This document shows, piece by piece, positions 11,811 through 24,974 of a stretch of 64,000 bases of DNA. The first letter of the stretch is position 1, and each line of letters starts with the position of its first letter. Source of the DNA: Squalus acanthias (Eukaryota); the NCBI GenBank assembly GCA_030390025.1, contig CM059432.1:133736001-133800000 (forward strand). The letters run 5' to 3'. The position numbers and the translations under genes were made by a program. The notes beneath the pieces were generated by a model. It was given only the letters and a program-made list of their open reading frames with translations, was not told where the DNA came from and did not search any database.

Positions 11811-14110
11811 ATACATTTTAAGAAGAAAATCTGCTGTATCTAAAAAGACATTTTTAAACACAGATTTTTCAAGCAAGATCTGGACATAAGTAACTGAAGA
11901 TTCAGAGCCCAAAAACCATCCACTCTTCCAGCGCACTCCCGCTGCAACTCTGGCGGGAGCTAGCGGAAGGGCCACAATCAAGGCCTTCAAAGGCCTTGTA
12001 CGTGGTACGCCTGGCGAAAGCGAGTATACCGGGCCACCACCTTGGTAGCTGTGAGGCCCACTTGGGGTCCAGTCCAGAATTGTGGCTCAGACTGCCAATG
12101 ATCTGCCCTGCAACTTTTATTTAAAGTCTTGAAGCAGCCCCCTTTGTAAGGAGGCTGCAGGGACATCTTAAAGAAACTTCTGGGGCCACCTAACAAGTCC
12201 CCACAGGCACTTACGTTGGTCTTTCCTGCCTCTTTTGTGGGGGAGAGGAGACATCCCAGATGGCCATGAAAATCGGAGGACCTGCCTCTTACCTCATGAA
12301 CTTTGGTGGGGCCTAGTGGTGGAGGGCGAGGATGGGCACATCGCTGCACTTGTGTCAAGATGTGCTTCCCCGCAGAATCCTGGGGCTTCTGTCTTTAGTA
12401 CAGCTGCTTTAACGTATCGCTGCCGTACACGGAAGGAGATGGATGTCAGTTACGAAGAAAGCATGAGAACATCCTTACATTGGTATCTACACTTGCCTAG
12501 AAATATCATTATGGCTCCAGCAAGATTACCTAGATGCTGTCACTACTGATTAGAAACTAGGCTAATTTAGGTTGTTCCAAGTATCACAATCCTACTTATA
12601 ATAGCTGGCAGGATGAAAAAGTGAAGCAATTTGTATTTCTTAACCACAGACTGAAAGAAGCCTGTAATTTTTTTTAGCCTTTTCAACAATGGACATTACT
12701 TAAAGCAAGATGCCAAGCAGACCAGAGTGTAAAGTTTATCAATCCAGTGGGTAGTCTGCTTCACTTAATCTGAAGTTCACAAGTCCATGAAAAACAATGC
12801 TTATTAATGCTGTTGACTGCTGCCATTTCCAACTGATTCGCAACTGAAAAAAATTTGCAGGGCTAAGGGGAAAGGGCGGGGGGAGTGGGACTAGCTGAAG
12901 TGCTCCTGCAGAGAGCTGGCACAGGCTCGACGGGCCTGAATGGCCTCCTTCTGTGCTGTAACCATTCTATGATTCTCTGATTTATCCAGAAAATGCAAAA
13001 TATACTTTTAAGCATCTGATCAGTTCTCGCAATTTGTGGATTGTTTCCATTGTATCACTTTGCTATCCCTCGCCGCTGCCTTCTACCATCAACACTTATC
13101 CATTGAGAGAGAGAAAGATCAGGACATGATCTTCTGCACAGCCATTGTCAATCTTGCCCTGTAATTATGTAAAAACAGATGTGCTTCTGCAGGGCAGGTG
13201 TGGTCTACTCAATTCTTCCTCGCCAGTGTTCACCTTACTGCTCAATCCATCAATCTGGCCCAAGAATTAGCCAAACTCATACATTGCACAATGAGGATAG
13301 GGCACATACATATGTCACCTACAATGGCTGAAATTCCAACTACTTAATTAGCAAAGAACAATCCAAGTGAAGTGTCAAGGTCCACCATAGACATACATAG
13401 AAGTTACAAGCGAGCAACTAGTTCTATTTAGCAGGACCCCGCTAACATGGAGGAAGAGTAAAAATGAAATTCAAGGTAAATCGGGTGGCACCAAGCTTAG
13501 GTTTCAAGTCCTTGGAGTCTGTAGGAGGAAGGAAAGATTGAGAGAAATTGCAAAGTTTTCAGGTCTTAAAAAATGAGTTTGAATAGGAGACTGGGCAATC
13601 AGTCTTGATTTCAACATAGTGGGGTTTAGGGAGGAAGAACAGTGAATTGGAACAGCAGATTTAGAGCTTAGAGAGAACCACAGAGGAACATTCAGAGGAT
13701 CAATCGTGTTTTTGATAAAATTCAAGAAAGGCTGCAATGCAAACCGATTGCAGGCTAGTGATTAGAAAGGTGTTGTCTCTCAAATAGCAAGCTTTGTCTT
13801 GCGTCCTGCCAGGAATATGAAAGAGGTGCGAGATGACCCACCCCAGATATGAGAACATTTTTCAAGGCATGAATGCTCTAATGGGCGTTCTGTAAGGCTG
13901 CCTGCTTTGAGGCAATAGAATTCACTTAGCTTCTATGGGTATCATTATCTCTATTTTCTCCACTTTGTATTCTTATGAGCTACTCCCTGAGAAGTCCAGC
14001 TGAGAAGACTAAGAGGGAGAGGCACTGCAAACATCTCTACAGTCTCTGCCTTTAACATGGTAGAAGAGCACTTAAAGTACAACCCAGGACAGAACCCCTC
14101 AAACTACACA

Positions 14111-14867
14111 GGGCCTGAAATTGCGATCAGAGGCTTCCCGCGGGCGGACGCCTCCGACCTGTAAAAATTCTACGCATTTACCTGGTGGTCCGGGAGATGT
14201 GGAGGCTTGCGATCCTGGGCCTCTCCGGGTCCGCGCGGGCAGAGCCCCACGTATCCCGGGGGCACAGGCGGTTCGCAAGCGCCCCTGAGATCACGTGGAC
14301 CGGCCCAACCAATAAAAGAAGCGAACCCCCATTCACACTTATGGGAGTTGCGTACGTACAGAACTCCCCTAAGTATGAATGGGGATCACTTAAAAAATAC
14401 ACCAACACATGAAATAAATGTTTTTTTAATTACATATTTAAAATTAATTAAAATGTCATTAAATTAAATATTTGAAACGAAAATTTAATTTTTTGAATTT
14501 TTTTAATATGTTTTAACAGGGCTAAAAATAAACTTACCTTATTGGACAGAGGTTTTAATGTATAAATGAGTGATAAAATTTTATTTTTCTATTTTTTAAA
14601 ACTCTTATGCTGGTAACAGCAGGCCTTACCCCTGCTTTTACCAGGCGTAAGAATTTCACAGGCATTCTGCGGGCAGAAGTTGGGCAAATAGCGCAACTCT
14701 CCACCCGCAGAGGCCCTTCTCCCGAGGATGCGGAGAAATGGTCAAGAAGATTCTTGACACATCGCAAGTTCCAGGTTTGCGCACATGCCTAAACCCGGAA
14801 CTTGTGCAGCCCCTATGGGCGCGAGCGCACCTCGTACACACCCGTGGGGGTCGCAAAAATACGGGCC
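14111..14867. mobile_element. MITE family A (757 bp)
   Basis: TIR GGGCCTGAAATTGCGA / TCGCAAAAATACGGGCC, TSD ACA; reverse-complement homologue of 9285-10052. Confidence 0.85.
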
Positions 14868-15091
14868 ACACTCTTTTCCTTAGTTAAAGCACAGCGCCTG
14901 AATGTGGTCATTTCTCTGATCACCCAACCAAGATCAACAACTCATTGTTTGAGAGACACCTGAGTGTGAATCTTCCAAACACATGTCTCCCAGTCCTGTA
15001 GTGCAGCAAACCAGAAAATAAAATCGTTGCTGAAATAATTGTTTCCACTTCTTCCACAAAGTAAGCATTTTAAAAAGATAATATTGCTTAC

Positions 15092-15331
15092 CGCAGCAAT
15101 GCTTTGGTTGAAACTTAGTTCGATGTTGTAAAAGTTCCCGTCATGGTAGACTGGTAGAGTTGTCCCTGCCCAGTCCTGATCCTTCGACTTGGACCACTGG
15201 AGAGAATGGCCCCCAAGCCAGCTGTACAAGGAAATCCTCAGGATGAACTGTCCTTTGGGCAATTTGTCCTTCACACCCCGTAGACACTTCAGTTGGATTT
15301 GGACAGGCTGAGGTGTGCCAGACCATTCAAC
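15092..15331 (-). CDS. OFCC1: OFCC1-like internal exon F (VEWSGTPQPVQIQLKCLRGVKDKLPKGQFILRISLYSWLGGH...FNQSIAA)
   Basis: cacttag| ... |gtaagc; 240 nt, phase 0-0; W..PQP...LR.VKDKLP.G...SLY..LGGH motif recalled from the OFCC1 family. Confidence 0.85.
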
Positions 15332-16088
15332 CTAAGTGGAACATTTTGTGTAAGTACACGATTATAGTGCAATGAACAAAACACTGCTTGCATTAGGAGG
15401 TACAGTAAAACCTACTTATAAAAACACCTTACACAGAAGTGTATACACTGTGGCACAACAGGCAGAAATCCTAAACATATTCATCTAAAATTCCTCTCTC
15501 TATCATTTTAGCAGAGGCATTATACTTAGGTGAGATAGAAATTGCAGATGAATGCATTAAGTGTTCATATCCATAATCCCACAGTACAATTTCAAAGCCA
15601 TAGGCCATGAGCGCCAGTCGCTAACACTGGTTTGCTGGGAAAAAAATGGCGGCTGCCTCGCTTCCGACCGCCTCTGGCTCGGGACACAGCAGCCGCCATT
15701 TTGGTAAGGGCCCATAGTGCCGCCGTTGACTGCGCTAGCCCCTGAAATGTAAACGAGCAGATCGTGACGTCAAACGGCGTGCAACACCTGACTTCACGGC
15801 ACGTCTGCAAACTTGGACATTCTCACTCTGTTTAACAATGGGTCCTAAGCACGCTCAGAAAAACGTGCGTGAAGCAGCCCTGCAGAGACATGCCAGCGCT
15901 TCTTAAAGGGACATAGATATCTTTCAGGTAAGTTTGGATTTCAGCTTTTGGACTTTTTTATTCATTTTGTTGAAGTAGTGGCTTGGTGCAATAGATGCTA
16001 AAAGTTTTTAAAGTGTGCAGGGAGTGCAGGGCGTGCAGCTGGACACTTGCAAAGCTTCGGATGGTAAAGGAAGGCCTCTGAGAAGACA

Positions 16089-16196
16089 GAAAATGCTGGA
16101 AATACTCAGCAGGTCTGGCAGCATCCGTGGAGAGAAACAGAGTTCACGTCTCAGATCGAGATGCTGCCTGACCTGCTGAGTATTTCCAACATTTTC
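16089..16196. repeat. Inverted repeat derived from a Penelope-like terminal repeat
   Basis: 37-bp stem with 2 mismatches, GAAAATGCTGGAAATACTCAGCAGGTC.GGCAGCATC. Confidence 0.7.
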
Positions 16197-17535
16197 CGGC
16201 TTTTTTTTTAGTTTTACAACATCCGCTCGCAGAGGTGATGAAGACACAGAAGAGGAAGATGTAGAAGAGGAAGAAGCAGAAAAGGAGGAAGCGGAAGGAA
16301 GGATACAACCCAGACAGCCCCTTTCTGGTCGGGATATCCAGGATGGAATCATCCGCCTGCGGTACCGATGACCACAGCCCCAACTCCCCTTTCAACATTT
16401 GTCCCACACCTTACCTTCCCTCTGTTACTGACCATCACAGCGTCCTCTTGACACAATGCTGAAATAAAAGCCACCACAAAGCAAAGTTTCCAATCCAACT
16501 TTATACATCTATCCATCCAATATGACATCACAAAATCAACTAATCACCCTTGTGTATTCCCTTAGTGACTGTCTTGCATCTGCCTTTGCCTATCCTACTG
16601 ATGTCACACAGTGCTACCCCAGTGGCTGCAGCATGGCTGGTGGAAGGCTGCTGACTTTCAGTGGGGGCACTGCAGATGGCCTTGCAGGACGACCTCAAGG
16701 AGCTGAAGGCTGGGAGTGTCAAATCGAGTGACGGTGTTTCTTCTTCTTCACTCTCCTCTCTCTCTTCTGCTCAACCACTGGCTGGGCAGGCTGTATTTCT
16801 TGGATGTGTGAAATGAGGAAGGCACAAGGGTAGAGTTGTGGTGAGGGGAGGGCGGGAAAACAAGAGCTGCATGCTTACACCATGTGCAGCCTTGTACATC
16901 AGAAGATATTGTGGGATGAGGGGCAAGTGGGTTGTGAGAAGGAGGATAATGTATGAGGATACCAACATCTTGTATTCTTTCAGCCCCGCCGCTGGCCAAG
17001 GGCTCAGCCATGCCCCTGCCAAGAATGGCCAGCACCATTTCCTCCAAGGGGTGAGTTGAAGCTCGGAATGTGAGGTGTGCCTCGTGTTTGGTACAGATTG
17101 TTGGTAGGTGAGTGATGAGGGCGGGGGAGTCGTGCAATGAGCAGTGTGTGAGGCTAGTGGTGCAGTTGGTAGGAGACGGCTTTTGAAGATGCTTTCACTG
17201 ACCTTGACCACTGGTCTGAGGTCATGAAGCTTCGTTGGGCACTGGAGCCAGGTTGTGGGGGTGAAACTGCTCAGTGATCTGGTCCCACATCATTCTTTCT
17301 GGAGGGCCTCCTGGCCCCTGTGGGTAGAGGGCCTCTCTTGCAGTGTTGACCCCCTGCACAAAGCTGGACTGCTGCATGCGAGACCCTGGGTGCCCCTTCG
17401 CTGGCTTGCTGAGCCATGTGTATTAGTGCTGAAGCACTTTTACCATTTTTTTACGTGCAGAAGGCAGTTCAGCTTTAAGAGTTGAAGATTGCCATTTCGG
17501 AATAATTTTAAATTTTTTTTTCCAGAAGGCAGTTG

Positions 17536-18002
17536 GGGGGCTAAATTCGGTTGATTTGCGCCTCCCGTTAGCGTCCTACCTGCGGCCGGGGCGGCGCTAG
17601 TTAAAGGGGGTGTGGCGGGCGGCCATTCTTGTTGCTGGCCGCCTGCCAGCACCTGCCCCCGTTGCTGTCCCCGACCCCTGAAGCCCCACCGTGGGGTGTC
17701 GGCTGCTCTAGTGCCAGGCTTGTTTGCCAGCACTCCCGATCCCTGGTGGCCCACCTGGGCGCCGGGATGCGCTGCGCCGCGCCAGGCCCCTCCCCTTTAA
17801 TAAGGGGAGGAAGGCCTGCAGTACCGCGGCGCGACGTGCCATAGCGCAATATTGGCTCGCAGCGCCCCAAGAAGGACGTAGGGTGCTTCCAGTAGCGCCC
17901 CTCCTCCCTCTCGGGGCGCTACCTTGGGAAAATCGGCCGCGGAGGCACTAAATTTTTTGGGGCGCTAAAATTAGCAGCACCCCAAAGCCCAATTTTTACC
18001 CC
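17536..18002. mobile_element. GC-rich Harbinger-type MITE nested in a decayed Harbinger
   Basis: TIR GGGGCTAAATTCGG / CCCAATTTTTACCCC, TSD TTG. Confidence 0.72.
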
Positions 18003-20597
18003 TTGAGCTCTAAGGGCTAAAAACTGCTTATTTTTAAATGATTGGAATTTTTTTCATTTTAGAGGGCAGATCCCCTTTAAGGGCTCGACACTGCTTTCTA
18101 AAATGACAGGCTAGCTTTAAAAGAACGCTGCCTTGCTCCAGGGATGCTACGGCCACGCTACATTGGGCTTCCTGCTAAGACTACCGCTGGAAAAAGAGTG
18201 TTGCACTGCAGGTCTTGGGCTGCGCTAATATCTCCACATCATGACTAATGTTAATCAGCAGGCAGCACCAAAATACCTGCGCTATAATTGCGAGCGGTCG
18301 TTAACTTCGCCCTGTGGTGGCACCGGCAGGATTCCGGTCTACTCGAATTTCTAGGCCATTGTCTTTAAGTTCTAACCCTGATACAAGGACACTGTCACAC
18401 TTCAAGATTGTTCTTATACCATTCTTCCACAAAAATAACTTGGAAAAAAAGTTACTTTTAAATGTTGGGTTTTTAATGGAAAGTGCATTCACACAAGTTT
18501 AAAAAAAAGACACTGAAATCATAGTTGGTTAAACTGCTAATGAGCTAAGTTTTGATGTTGCTTCCCCTCGACTGTAAATAATGGGCAATTCATTAGCCTG
18601 TGCTGGGAAATGATCCCGGGTGCTCAGCAAGATGGTCAGGGAGGCCTTCCCTTCTGCCCATGAATAGTGGGAGATTAAAAAGAAACAGGGACAGAGAAAC
18701 AGGCACACAGTCAGGACCAGCAAAGGCAGTCAGGTCTTTAAACAGAATGCTGCGAGGTCAAGCTTTGCCGGGCTCAGAGGTTTAGAAAGTCTAAGATGCA
18801 CAAGGGCAGTTAGGAGTTATTGAGAGTGAAATTGGTCTATACCAGTAGCAGCTAGGCTCATAGCTTCAATGGAAAAGATCAGGGGCGGTGTGAAATGGGC
18901 TATTGATGCACTATGAGCCCGTTTCGTGCTACTGGCAAAGATCACTTTCACCCCCCACTCTGTTTGCGTCAAGTAAGTTAACCCACTAATGTGGGAAGCA
19001 TAGCATATTCATTATTTTGTAGTATTTTATGAAGCTCAGTTGTACTGATTGAACTAAGTGAATCTGGTCATAACTGTTGCTCTATATGTCTACTCGCTGT
19101 ACAATAACACAGTTCAAAAATTCGTACCTAGCCTTGACTCACCAAGTGTTTTATTGGAACATCTTCAGAAAGATTGAAGAAGGACGTGTGCAAAACAGAT
19201 AAATATCTAGTTCAGATACTGTCACATAGTTAAGATATTGGGCAGACTCCTCAATATAAGATGCTCAGATTGCCAATGAGAGTGACTAGCACCACTGTAG
19301 CCAAAAGCATATCTAAGGCAAGACCCTGAACTTGTAACAGGCACTTACTTTCCTTTGGAAAATTTGCGGGTGATTTTAACCCTACTCGCTCAGCAGAAAC
19401 CCGGTGGGTGGGCAGTTAAAACCGCCCTGGCTCTTACCTGTCCGAAAGCCGCCACGATCGCAACAGCTGCGATTTTAACCTGCTCTCCTGAGCAGGCAGC
19501 AAGGACACACGCCCGGAGCCAACAGGGCCCTTCTTTACTTATGCATGTTGTGGCCCAATGACATCATTGAGACCCGACTGTAATTTTAACTCAGGCCTGA
19601 GCGGTGAATCCACCTGGAGTTAAAATCAGGGCCAAGTGTCCTTGTAAAACTGTGCCAGTGTTCCTGTTTTAAATATTGTGCGAAGAACAATATCTCCTTA
19701 TTTAATTATTTCCTTCCAGGATTTTATGGGCAAATCGTGGGATTCTTTTTCCAAAATGTAGTTTGGATTTTATGCGGCGTTACTTAGCACATTTAAAGGT
19801 TACAAAGTTGTAAATTTTAGCAAGAAATAGACTGCAGGAATCAACATCCAGCCTCTTTTGTATCTTTGAATATCATTTTTAACGCACTGAGCTGCATGAC
19901 AATTATTTTCATTCTAATTACAAAATTTTAATTAATAAAAAAATCCAAATTTTATATTTTGTTTGCTGAAACCCAAAATTAACATTATATGAAAAATGGA
20001 GGTAATCTTTTTAAAACCTCTAGGCAGGATTACTGGTGCAGGCAGGCTTTGGATATTAAACACATTCTAAATTAAACACCCCCAACAGATTTTGTGCAGA
20101 AATATATTTGGATAATTTTGCATGCCAAAACATGACATTTTATATTATTCCCCCCCCACCCCCCCCGCCCTAAGTAAGTTTTGAAATATATAAATGAAGA
20201 TCTTGTCTTTCACCAATGAAATTGCTATGCATGGCAGGATTGCCATTGCTTTTCTGGCTGTACTGGTTGTTTCAAGTCAGCAAGCCATAAAAAATCTTTA
20301 TCTCTCTGAAACACAGCAATTTGGAAGATAATCGAATGGTGACTGGGGGGCAGAAATGCCAGTCTGAGGAATTATACCACAATCTCTCTTGCATTTACAA
20401 CCTTCCTCAAAGCAAGCTGTCACCCTGGTAGGAAAGGTTGATAGAAGATTCATTACATCTCCGGGCCTGTCTCATTTGCATGGCGACATAGCTGCTCCTC
20501 ACTTTGCTGAAAGACTTCACGCAGCCCAGCTCAGCTGCTGCGTACGGGAAAAGAGTTGACGGAAAGCTGCAGGAGGAGACTTGTTGATTGCCCTTAC

Positions 20598-20715
20598 CTT
20601 CCAGCGATGGCCTCGCATACCACTGTATTGGTGTTTGACTTCAGTCAGGTCACCGTGCATAGCCATTATTTCACCTCTGCGGCTTTCTAGTGCCTTCAGC
20701 AACTGCTTTTCTGCA
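20598..20715 (-). CDS. OFCC1: OFCC1-like internal exon E (AEKQLLKALESRRGEIMAMHGDL...GHRWK)
   Basis: ttgcag| ... |gtaagg; 118 nt, phase 2-0; gives continuous RWK-VEWSGTPQP with the next exon. Confidence 0.85.
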
Positions 20716-21293
20716 CTGCAATGCAATATTTGTTGTTGTCATTTTACAATGAGTCCATGATTTCTAGAAAATAATTTGATATAATAAAACGCAGTATGTA
20801 TATTATATAGTAACCTAACTTTGGGAGGATTAAACAGTGTCTGTATTTACCATCTTTTAATATAAAAAGTAGATATATATTTTTTTAACTTGAAGTTATA
20901 TTGCTGCGGGAGCATTTATGCATCTCAATAATATTTCTGATTTTAAAATATTGATCCATAACCATTAAAAAAGGGAAGGCGTGCATATATGTGGCACCTG
21001 ATTTCAGAACCATTAATTTTGACATGCAACGACTGTTGTGTAGACAAACATAGCAGCCACTTTGCGCAATGCAAGATCCCACAAACAGCAGTCAGATGAA
21101 TCACCAGTCAATCTGTTTTGGTGGTGTGGCTGAATGAAGAATGTTGGCCAGGACATCAGAAGATCTCCCTGTTATTTTGTTTTAATAATGCATGCATTGT
21201 TTTACATCCACTTGAACTACAAGGGGGAGACGTGTCCTCAGTTTTAATGTCTCATCATTATTAATAACTAAGTGTTGTCCTAGTTTATGTTAC

Positions 21294-21670
21294 CACCAGC
21301 GTACCGTGGCTGCAGTGTGTACCATCTACAAGATGCACTGCAGCAACTCGCCAAGGCTTCTTCGGCAGCACCTCCCAAACCCGCAACCTCTTCCACCTAG
21401 AAGGACAAGGGCAGCAGGCACATGGGAACACCACCACCTCCAAGTTCCCCTCCAAGTCACACATCATCCTGACTTAGAAGTATATCGCCCATCCTTCATC
21501 GTCGCTGGGTCAAAATCCTGGAACTCCCTCCCTAACAGCACTGTGGGAGTACCTTCACCACACGGACTGCAGCGGTTCAAGAAAGCGGCGCACCACCACC
21601 TTCTCAAGAGCAATTAGGGATGGGCAATAAATGCTGGCCTTGCCAGCGATGCCCACATCCCATAAAAACT
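21294..21670 (+). mobile_element. 3' end of the same LINE family as 4746-5520
   Basis: AAVCTIYKMHCSNSPRLL...; near-identical 3' UTR. Confidence 0.85.
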
Positions 21671-24519
21671 ATTTTTTTAAAATGTGTTCAAGGACTGAGT
21701 GGGAATTGAACCCAAGACATCCTGACTCAAAGTGTAAGTGCTGCCAAATGAGACAAAGCTGACACTTATTTTATGAGAGAACTTTATTTTACTACAATAA
21801 AAACATTTTAGAAAATAGGAATGCAATGTTAAAGCTCAAAACTCATAGAAATTTGGACCCTGCAAATCTTAAGAGGTTATGCTGGAGATGCTTAAAAAAA
21901 CACCAAACTTCACTAGGCAACAGCAGTTTTAAAAAGAAAAATATGGCACACTGTGGGTAAAGAGCAGGAGCAGTGGGACTAATTGGATAGCTCTGTCAAA
22001 GAGCCGGCACAGGCACGATGGGCAGAATGGCCACCTTCTGTGCTGTACAGTTCTATGGTTCATTTCTGCTCCCCAAAACAGGTGGGAGAAAAAAGGTGTT
22101 CATCGAGGCTGACGTGGAAATTATCAGACAAGTTGTCCTGGGTGGTGTCCTGGAGCAAAGATCGGGCAGGTTCTACCTCAGGCGGGTGAATGGCTCCGCC
22201 AGGTTAGTGCCCAGATGGCAAAGTTGAAAATGGATCTCCGTAATATTCCAACACACTCTGGGCTGAAAAATTAAGATAACCAATATTGTGAAAAGATTTT
22301 ACACCATGGCCATTCTTATTACACAGAGCATAAAAAAATTGGTGTGGGAGTGCTGAGGATGCCAAGAACTATACCGATCATCTTTTAACAGCTCGAGCTT
22401 ATCTCTACCGTCTTCTGTGGAAGCCAAATCTAATAGATATATAACGACTTGTTTTTACTTCTCCTGCCTCAATCTGGGCTCAGTCACTGAATCTGTACAG
22501 CCAGGTTTGATGGAGTTGTTCCGCTTGCGATGCTGGCTCTCAGTAGGATTTCTTTCAGTACATTTGTGGAGTTTTACTTGGAGCTGGTGTGCTGGGCGAC
22601 AGCCTTTGTTCCTTCTGACATTGTTGAGCTCAGCCACCTCGCCCAGTAGAAGGAGACATGCTTCCCGGAGGTGACGCTCGCGCGGTTCTTGTAACGAGCC
22701 AGTCAAGAAGTGTCATTCGATATGCATTCACAGACATTATTCACAAAGGAATTCATGATGTTCATGGCCGGGGAGGAAACTAGTGCTGTCAGAGGGAACC
22801 TGTTTCATCACTCTTTATATGTCGACTGAAAAACTGTCCATTCGTGACTGCGACCATTTGTGCTTTTCATTGCCCTTCCTTGTGGCATTTGATAGCTATC
22901 TTTCCACATCTCTCTGGTGCCTCTGGTTCACACTCCTGTTGTTTAGGCACTGTCAACTTCACAGTCAAAGAAATTTCATGAGGTGGCTCTTGGGGGGAGG
23001 GAGGGGGGCGGCGGGGTTCTATATGTGGGAGTTTTTCTTTTACTTTGTTTGCATAATGCATGCATACACTCATATGGGTGCTGCATAAGTTGGATGCTCC
23101 TTGCATGCCCAAACAAAGAAAAAGTGCATTTCTTAGGTACATGACCAGCAACATAGGGCAGCGATGTTGGCAGAACTGGTAGCATACCCAGTAACTGTCT
23201 AAAGTGGACTACCTCTGAATTGATTCCAGCGTGAAGTCATGTCAAAAGTTTCTCTTCTATCAGGAGCAATTTGTAGCAGACAATTTGGTGAAGGCAATTG
23301 TTGACTCCTCTGACTTCTGGAGTAAATGTGGCAGTTTCATTCAGCAGACAGAGTTTCAGTTCATCAGCATCACACATAGCTATGTATTATTTTAATGGTT
23401 CCAAATTTCATCTGGTCAATGTTCAGCTAAATCTACCAACTTACAGATGTGTGCACCACCGCTGTTGCATTTTAAACGTTCTGAAAATAAGCACCGAGCA
23501 AACATGGTGTACCAAACTTGGATTTTTGCAGTTGCATTTTTGTGCCATGTGTGTTTTGGGAACAAAGATCCTGCTGTCAATCACAGGAACGTCAGTGGCA
23601 TGCGTATGTCACCATCCATCCAATTCACTCAGCTGCTGCTTATGGATCAAAAGGCCAAGAGTTGTAACTGGGTAAAGAAGGTTTGGGGTGGGATTTAACT
23701 TCTACTTAGTGTAAATAAACATTGCAATCCTTTTTAAAGTTTTCTTACACAGATTTTAGCAACTGGATATGGCTGGAAACTGAAGATACAAATTGACAGC
23801 CACATTTCCCACAACAGTGACTGCACTTCAAAAAGTACTTCATTGGTTGTAAAGCGCTTTGGGACATCCTGAGGTCATGAAAGGTGCTATAGAAATGCAA
23901 GTCTTTCTTTGCTCCTGCATCATCTGAGGAGCTGAGTGTAGATTCGATCCTTGCCCATGGGAAGGAAATTGGAGGGAAAAAATCAACATTGGGTGCACTG
24001 TCTGGACACACAGATGGAACTGTACCCCAGCAAGGAATGAAGAACAGGAGAAGAGAGAGAAAGAAAAGCTGTGGCGGAGTAACTCGCTCACTACAAACAT
24101 GTTTTGGAACTTTGCAGACATGGTGGCTACGCTGCTCCATCAATTGTAGAAACTCTTAACCAGCGGGCTTGCGATTTTCCAATACTCACAACAGGCGAGG
24201 TACCTCCCAGTGGGCTTGAACTCGGAAAACCTATCTTAACATTTCTAACTTTAAGGGAATTTGAGTATGGAACCAGAAATTTCTATGCTGATAAGCTAGA
24301 GGTGACATGGCATCACTGCAGCATTGAGCCACTTGAGTGGGTCTCAGTGGAGGTAGAGCAGTGGAATGGTGCAATTTTAAAGGGGGTGCAGGAGCAGAGA
24401 GATCTGGGGGTGTACATACACAGATCTTTGAAGGTGGCAGGACAAGTTGGGAAGACCTGTTAAAAAAAGAATATGGAATCCTGGGCTTTATAAATAGAAA
24501 AAGCAAAACAATGCTTTTC

Positions 24520-24892
24520 TTCCTTGCCAATCTGACCCCTCCCCTTTTTCCTGAATGTGGTGACTCCTTGCTGATGTACATTCCCACAGGCACCAGTGCA
24601 AGTGGTCACTATTCATGTGTAAGCTTTGGCAATGATTGTCAGCAGATTATTCAATCCCACGGGCAACACAACTGAGCCTGTCTTCATCCAACACCTACTT
24701 CCAGCAAAGGTGACGGGACAGAGATCAGGAGTAGGAACCCTGGCTACGTTTCTCTTCTCTAAACCAAGAGCATTCAGGCCAACTGTGGTAGGGATGAGAT
24801 CAACTAACTCAGTACAGGCCCACACTGAACCTGGGACTTTCCTAGTTGTGTATGTGTCAGCAGCTCATTACAAAAATTGATTGAGCCACCAA
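24520..24892 (-). mobile_element. Old tRNA-derived SINE of a third family; second copy dispersed at about 43880-43964, 45698-45784 and 49980-50180
   Basis: Shared GATCAGGAGTAGGAACCCTGGCT block and colinear flanks between the two copies. Confidence 0.65.
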
Positions 24893-24974
24893 AGGAGATT
24901 CCAGTAATGATAGAAAGGAGAGAAAGAACTTGCATTTATGTAAGCACCTTTCACAACCTCGGAACATCTCAAAG

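Larger units (their letters stand above)
15595..18357. mobile_element. Internally deleted PIF/Harbinger transposon with Myb/SANT-like remnant (minus, about 17195-17410) and acidic transposase tail (plus, about 16230-16340)
   Basis: APRVS.AA..LV..V...REALYPQG.RRP....W..I....W.QC..K..DL pattern; right TIR-like GAATTTCTAGGCC; left end unclear. Confidence 0.65.

Noticed and set aside
14960..14995. Possible micro-exon DWETCVWKIHTQ after exon F
   Set aside because: Weak donor and no recognisable OFCC1 continuation; cannot be supported without RNA data
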